From contig NC_069005.1 of assembly GCF_001194135.2 (NCBI RefSeq), positions 22,663,376 through 22,700,265 on the forward strand: a DNA stretch of 36,890 nt, read 5' to 3'. The stretch is from Octopus bimaculoides (taxonomy: Eukaryota). A program made the translations under genes and the position numbers. Below the pieces are notes generated by a model. That model did no database searches. It had not been told where the DNA came from and saw nothing but the letters and a program-made list of their open reading frames with translations. Below are positions 34,728-36,890 of the stretch, one piece after another. Every line of letters starts with the position of its first letter. Positions within the stretch are counted from its first letter, which is position 1.

Positions 34728-35798
34728 TCTTTATTCTTCTTCCATTACTCAATGGAATCATATTTAATTAGTTCCAAACATTAATTCATGCCTAAATGTT
34801 TCAGATGAGTTATTTGTGATTATCATTACGCTCCTCCTCCTCCTCCTCCTCCTCCTTCTCCTCCTCCTCATCATTTTATCCATGCTGGTTTGGGTTGGAT
34901 GTGTCACTCCCAGCAAAATTTCTTGTAACAAGTGGTAGGCCTTTTGTCATCTAGTTCAGGATGTTCAACATCCTGAGATCTTTTTATTTTTTTTTTATCT
35001 TTTCATCAAGAAAGTGAAGGCATGTGGCTTAGTGGTTGGAATATTTGGTTCACAAGCATAAGGTCGTGAGTTCAATTCTCAGCAGTGCGCTGTGTCCTTG
35101 AGCAAGACACTTTATTTTACAGCGCTCCAGTCCACTCAGCCAGCAAAAACGGGTTGTACCTGTATTTCAAAGGGCCTACCTTGTCACATTCTGTGACATG
35201 CGTGGCATTGAACCTGGGACCACATGGTTGGGATGCAAACTTCTTACCACACAGCCATACCTGCACCTGGAGTTAATTACATCAACCCCAGTGCTCAATT
35301 GCTACTTATTTTATCAACCCTGAAAGGGTGAATGGCAAAGTTGACCTCGGCAGATTTTGAATTCAGAACGTAAAGATGGATAAAGTGCCACAGACATAGC
35401 TTTCCGGATTTAACCGGTACTTATGACATTGAGGGTTCCAGTTGATCTGATCAACAAAACAGCCTGCTCGTGAAATTAATGTGTAAGTAGCTGAGTACTC
35501 CACAGACACACATACCTTAACATAGTTTCCAGGGAGATTGATGGTACTCATTCTATCGGTCTTCTTTTGTCAAACAGCTAAGTTATGGGGATGTAAACAC
35601 ACCAGTACTGGTTGTGAAATTGTTGTTGTGAGGGACAAACACATATACACATACACAATGGGCTTCTTTCAGTTTCTGTCTACCAAATCTACTCACAAGG
35701 CTTTGATCGGTTTGAGGCTATAGTAGCAGATACTTGTCCATGGTGTCATGCAGTGGGATTGAACCCAGAATCCATGTGGTTGGGAAGCAAGCTTCTTA

Positions 35799-36023
35799 TT
35801 TCTCTATTGCCCACAAGGGCTAAACATACAGGGGACAAACAAGGACATACAAAGGGATTAAGTCGATTACATCGACCCCAGTGCGTAACTGGTACTTAAT
35901 TTATCGACCCCGAAAGGATGAAAGGCAAAGTCGACCTTGGCGGAATTTGAACTCAGAACGTAACGGCAGATGAAATACCGCTAAGCATTTTGCCCGGCGT
36001 GCTAACGTTTCTGCCAGCTCGCC
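35799..36023 (-). mobile_element. Young full-length SINE family D nested in a family C SINE; older copies at about 10575-10680, 27605-27785, 34430-34635, 35275-35390
   Basis: Perfect 12-bp TSD GCAAGCTTCTTA (35787-35798 / 36024-36035); B-box-like GAGTTCAAATTCC; central gtcgactttgcctttcatcctttcggggtcgataaattaagtaccag; many intact CpGs. Confidence 0.88.
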
Positions 36024-36589
36024 GCAAGCTTCTTACCATACAACCACACCTGAGCAAGTATTTCTCTCTTTGCATATTACTGTGTTTCCACTAATGTCTA
36101 TTATTAATAAGATGAGGCTTGAGATGACAACTATCAATTGTGGCCTGTAGGTGGTGATGGTCAATAGAATACAGTTTGTATTTGTGAGTTTGTGTGTGAG
36201 TGAAATAAAATTAGGAGAATAAGTATGTGTATGTATTTATACTCTTCGAAATGCTTAGTTTTAGAATGGTGGAAGCTGATGAAGGAAATGTTCTCTATGT
36301 GGCCTGTGTGTTTTCTGTGCTCTATTTATGTTCTGTTTCTCATTTTGTCCACGTTTTTTTGGTAACGTCCTGTACCTAGATATGCATGTATATATACATG
36401 TAGATGTAGGTATGTACATACATTTAAGTATATATGCATATACTCACATATTATTTGTATTTTATATATATATATATATATGAAATGAGAAAAATGTGTG
36501 CATGTGTATAGAATGTTGTCATGGCTTTTGTTGTAAATCAATGTCTTTGTTAAAATCAGTTCCTCCCAATGGATAGGTTGACCATTTTA

Positions 36590-36590
<1 letters not shown>

Positions 36591-36639
<49 letters not shown>

Positions 36640-36806
36640 TAATGATTCTCTGTGACCTCAATTTAGCTTCACCCAGCCAGAGACCTAACAGACACACCCA
36701 CATATTTAATCAACAGGTAGTTATACAGGAGATACATTCTGCCATTGACAGAAGATTTGTCAAATTGTCAACAACATTCTCTGAATACTTTCCTCTCTCT
36801 TCATAC

Positions 36807-36890
<84 letters not shown>
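36591..36890. repeat. (CA)n, (CT)n and (TA)n microsatellites at the window end
   Basis: Direct inspection (36591-36635, 36810-36890). Confidence 0.85.

Noticed and set aside
34785-36890. Final AP4S1 exon (expected IMFN.D.VH..LDEM-like)
   Set aside because: Not found in any + strand frame I read; presumed beyond the window end.

Overview
Repeat-rich, AT-rich animal genomic DNA from a gapped draft assembly (five N-gaps). The repeat landscape (dense tRNA-type SINEs, (CAT)n/(CA)n/(TA)n microsatellites, RTE-like LINE relics) suggests a cephalopod such as Octopus; that assignment is inference. One host gene is well supported: a + strand AP-4 adaptor complex sigma subunit (AP4S1), 3'-partial. Its four phase-0 coding exons are 17542-17679, 30975-31061, 33179-33247 and a 12-nt microexon 34707-34718, together encoding 102 aa. 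The microexon is followed by a minor-spliceosome (U12-type) donor GTATCCTTT; the last exon(s) lie beyond the window. A CpG-retaining unique region at about 10.2-12.7 kb is the likely promoter/5'UTR. The rest is mostly degenerate mariner, hAT-like and piggyBac-like elements, RTE and CRE-like retrotransposon relics and several SINE families. The most interesting observations are: Penelope-type minimal hammerhead ribozyme motifs in short repeats; a PHD-type zinc finger inserted inside the reverse transcriptase of an RTE-like LINE (four copies); a SINE that places a U12-like branch point/acceptor inside the U12 intron; a cluster of inverted repeats at 9.2-10.1 kb; and a 59-codon ORF just below the ORF-track threshold.
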